Source of the DNA: Candidatus Poribacteria bacterium
GTDB taxonomy: Bacteria > Poribacteria > WGA-4E > WGA-3G
DNA: 64,000 nucleotides
Direction of reading: 5' to 3'
Assembly (NCBI GenBank): GCA_965197475.1
Contig: CBDANF010000003.1
Span: 1,504,001 to 1,568,000, forward strand
Part shown: piece after piece, positions 62,225 through 64,000 of the stretch
Layout: every line of letters starts with the position of its first letter
How positions within the stretch are numbered: the first letter of the stretch is position 1
The notes under the pieces: generated by a model
Seen by the model: only the letters and a program-made list of their open reading frames with translations
The model's database searches: none
What the model was told of the DNA's origin: nothing
Made by a program: the position numbers and the translations under genes

Positions 62225-62986
62225 ATGAAAAAATTGACCCCCGCAGAGGAGAACCTTAGTCTTTTTTCTGACGCAAATGATGGGGTTACAAACAATGTAT
62301 TCTCCACTGAGCGGACTGTTCAAACCCCTCCTATAGATTTACCCGAATTTCTGAAACCTAATACACGGTTAAAGATGGATGGTCTAAAGTTTCTGTCTCA
62401 TCTTCCAATAGAATCTATACCTATAGCGTTTCTTGACCCACAGTACAGAGGCGTGCTTGATAAAATGAATTATGGTAATGAGGGAAAGAGTAGAGAGAAA
62501 CGCAGAAGTTCATTGATGCAAATGCCTGAAGAACTAATTGGAGAATTCATTCGAGGCATTGACAATGTGCTTATCCCTTCTGGACATCTCTTTCTGTGGA
62601 TGGATAAGTTTCATCTTTGCCAAGGGTTCAAAACATGGTTTGATGACACACAGTTAGATATTGTTGATTTGATCGTCTGGAATAAAGACAGGTTTGGAAT
62701 GGGGTACCGATCCAGACGCGTGAGCGAATATTGTGTTGTTCTACAGAAGCATCCCAGAAAGGCTAAAGGGGTTTGGCAAATTCACACTATCCGCGATGTC
62801 TGGCTTGAACGAACGAAAACAAGAGAACATCCCCATCAAAAACCTATCGGTTTACAGTCTGAACTTATTGCTGCTGTTAGTAATGAAGGCGATTTTGTGA
62901 TTGATCCCGCCGCAGGTTCCTTTTCTGTCATGGAAGCAGCACTCTCAAAAGGTCGGAATTTCATTGGATGTGATCTGGAGGGATAA
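62225..62986 (+). CDS. DNA amino-methyltransferase (beta-type motif order)
   Basis: LDPQY (motif IV variant), HPHQKP, IDPAAGS. Confidence 0.85.
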   Translation: MKKLTPAEENLSLFSDANDGVTNNVFSTERTVQTPPIDLPEFLKPNTRLKMDGLKFLSHLPIESIPIAFLDPQYRGVLDKMNYGNEGKSREKRRSSLMQMPEELIGEFIRGIDNVLIPSGHLFLWMDKFHLCQGFKTWFDDTQLDIVDLIVWNKDRFGMGYRSRRVSEYCVVLQKHPRKAKGVWQIHTIRDVWLERTKTREHPHQKPIGLQSELIAAVSNEGDFVIDPAAGSFSVMEAALSKGRNFIGCDLEG

Positions 62987-62987
62987 A

Positions 62988-63701
62988 ATGGCAAAAATTA
63001 GAGGTAGAATTCCGAAGGAATCTTCTGGTGGATACGCTCGCTTATTCGACAATGAAGCATTAGGCGAACTCATGAGCAAAGTACAAGGGACAGTGATTTC
63101 CGCCGGAAGCGAACTAGAGAGACTTATAACGGAGAGAGTCGAAACTATAGATGACTTGGATGCCTTTCTTCGCAAAGACATCATGTCGGATGGCGTACTT
63201 CTGGCAGAAAAGAAAAAGATTAAGAAGTGCACTGAGTTAGATTCTCAAGGTTCAGAACCTGATTTTATGATTTTCAAGAGACGAGAAGGTCACCAACGTT
63301 GTCATATTGTTGAGTTGAAAGATGGTCATGTCTTTGATACCAAAAAAGTTGATAGCGAACGTGAAGCATTGCATGGTTTTGCCAAACGAAATGCTGGAAG
63401 ACTCCCGTATAGAGTTTCAACACACTTTTGCGCCTTTAATCAAGATGATCCTGAGGTCATTTGGAAGGGATTTAAGCAAAGAATTGACATTAAAGAAGCA
63501 ATGACAGGTCGAGAGTTTTGCGATCTACTAGAAATTAATTATGATGAGATCGTGGAAGTACGTAAAACAGATGCCGAGGATAATATTCGTTATTTCCTTG
63601 AAGAACTTCTGCGTATACTTGAAGCTAATAGTATTATTGAGGATATCCTCTCGTCCGAATCTCACTTAGCAGAAGAGCAAAAACTATTTCGCAACTTGTA
63701 A
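62988..63701 (+). CDS. Putative type II restriction endonuclease
   Basis: G.ELE, PDF...VELKDG (PD-(D/E)XK); begins 1 nt after the MTase stop. Confidence 0.75.
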   Translation: MAKIRGRIPKESSGGYARLFDNEALGELMSKVQGTVISAGSELERLITERVETIDDLDAFLRKDIMSDGVLLAEKKKIKKCTELDSQGSEPDFMIFKRREGHQRCHIVELKDGHVFDTKKVDSEREALHGFAKRNAGRLPYRVSTHFCAFNQDDPEVIWKGFKQRIDIKEAMTGREFCDLLEINYDEIVEVRKTDAEDNIRYFLEELLRILEANSIIEDILSSESHLAEEQKLFRNL

Positions 63702-63751
63702 ATCAGATTTTGACGCGGGAGTTATCCATAGATTAACGGAAATCTGTAGAA

Positions 63752-64000
63752 ATGTCTACGGGAAGCCTGAAATATAAAGACGCATCGTGGGACTTCCGAG
63801 AGTCTGATACCAAAGAGTACACACACTGCTTCCACACCTATCCCGCTATGATGATTCCGCAGATTGCAAGGAAACTGCTAAATCAGCATGGTGTCAAAGG
63901 TGGATGGCTTCTTGATCCGTATTGTGGCACTGGCACCTCACTGGTCGAAGCATCTCTGTTTGGCATGCACAGTGTTGGGTGCGACATCAACCCGCTTGTG
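63752..64000 (+). CDS. N4-cytosine DNA methyltransferase, partial (runs off the window)
   Basis: Manual translation: WDFRESDTKEYTHCFHTYPAMMIPQIAR...LDPYCGTGTSLVEA...GCDINPL. Confidence 0.85.
   Translation, partial: MSTGSLKYKDASWDFRESDTKEYTHCFHTYPAMMIPQIARKLLNQHGVKGGWLLDPYCGTGTSLVEASLFGMHSVGCDINPLV

Overview
Bacterial chromosomal window. The giant secreted LRR/YWTD/cadherin proteins ending in an 'NYPNPFNPETWIPYQL' sorting domain, the many restriction-modification loci and the dense MITE/REP content suggest a sponge symbiont such as Candidatus Poribacteria (inference). The housekeeping backbone includes ccmE/F/H/I-like genes, ccmAB, a 2-oxoacid:ferredoxin oxidoreductase, eno-ftsB, ndk, glnA-glnB, dcd, glcF, larE, def, a lytic transglycosylase and gatB. 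The top candidate for an undescribed system is a ~2.0-kb element (101-2104). It is bounded by perfect 13-bp terminal inverted repeats, encodes only two DUF1670 paralogs with no recognisable transposase, and sits exactly at the stop codon of a host gene. Its right end carries a near-consensus sigma70 promoter followed by a ~125-nt multi-hairpin candidate ncRNA. The second candidate is a three-gene defence locus: an amino-methyltransferase, a catalytically degenerate double-LAGLIDADG-like protein and a small stand-alone PD-(D/E)XK nuclease. Several short MITEs with identifiable TIRs and target duplications interrupt genes (a DHDPS-family gene and a PIN toxin). No rRNA, tRNA or CRISPR array was seen. 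All calls are by eye; no database searches were run.
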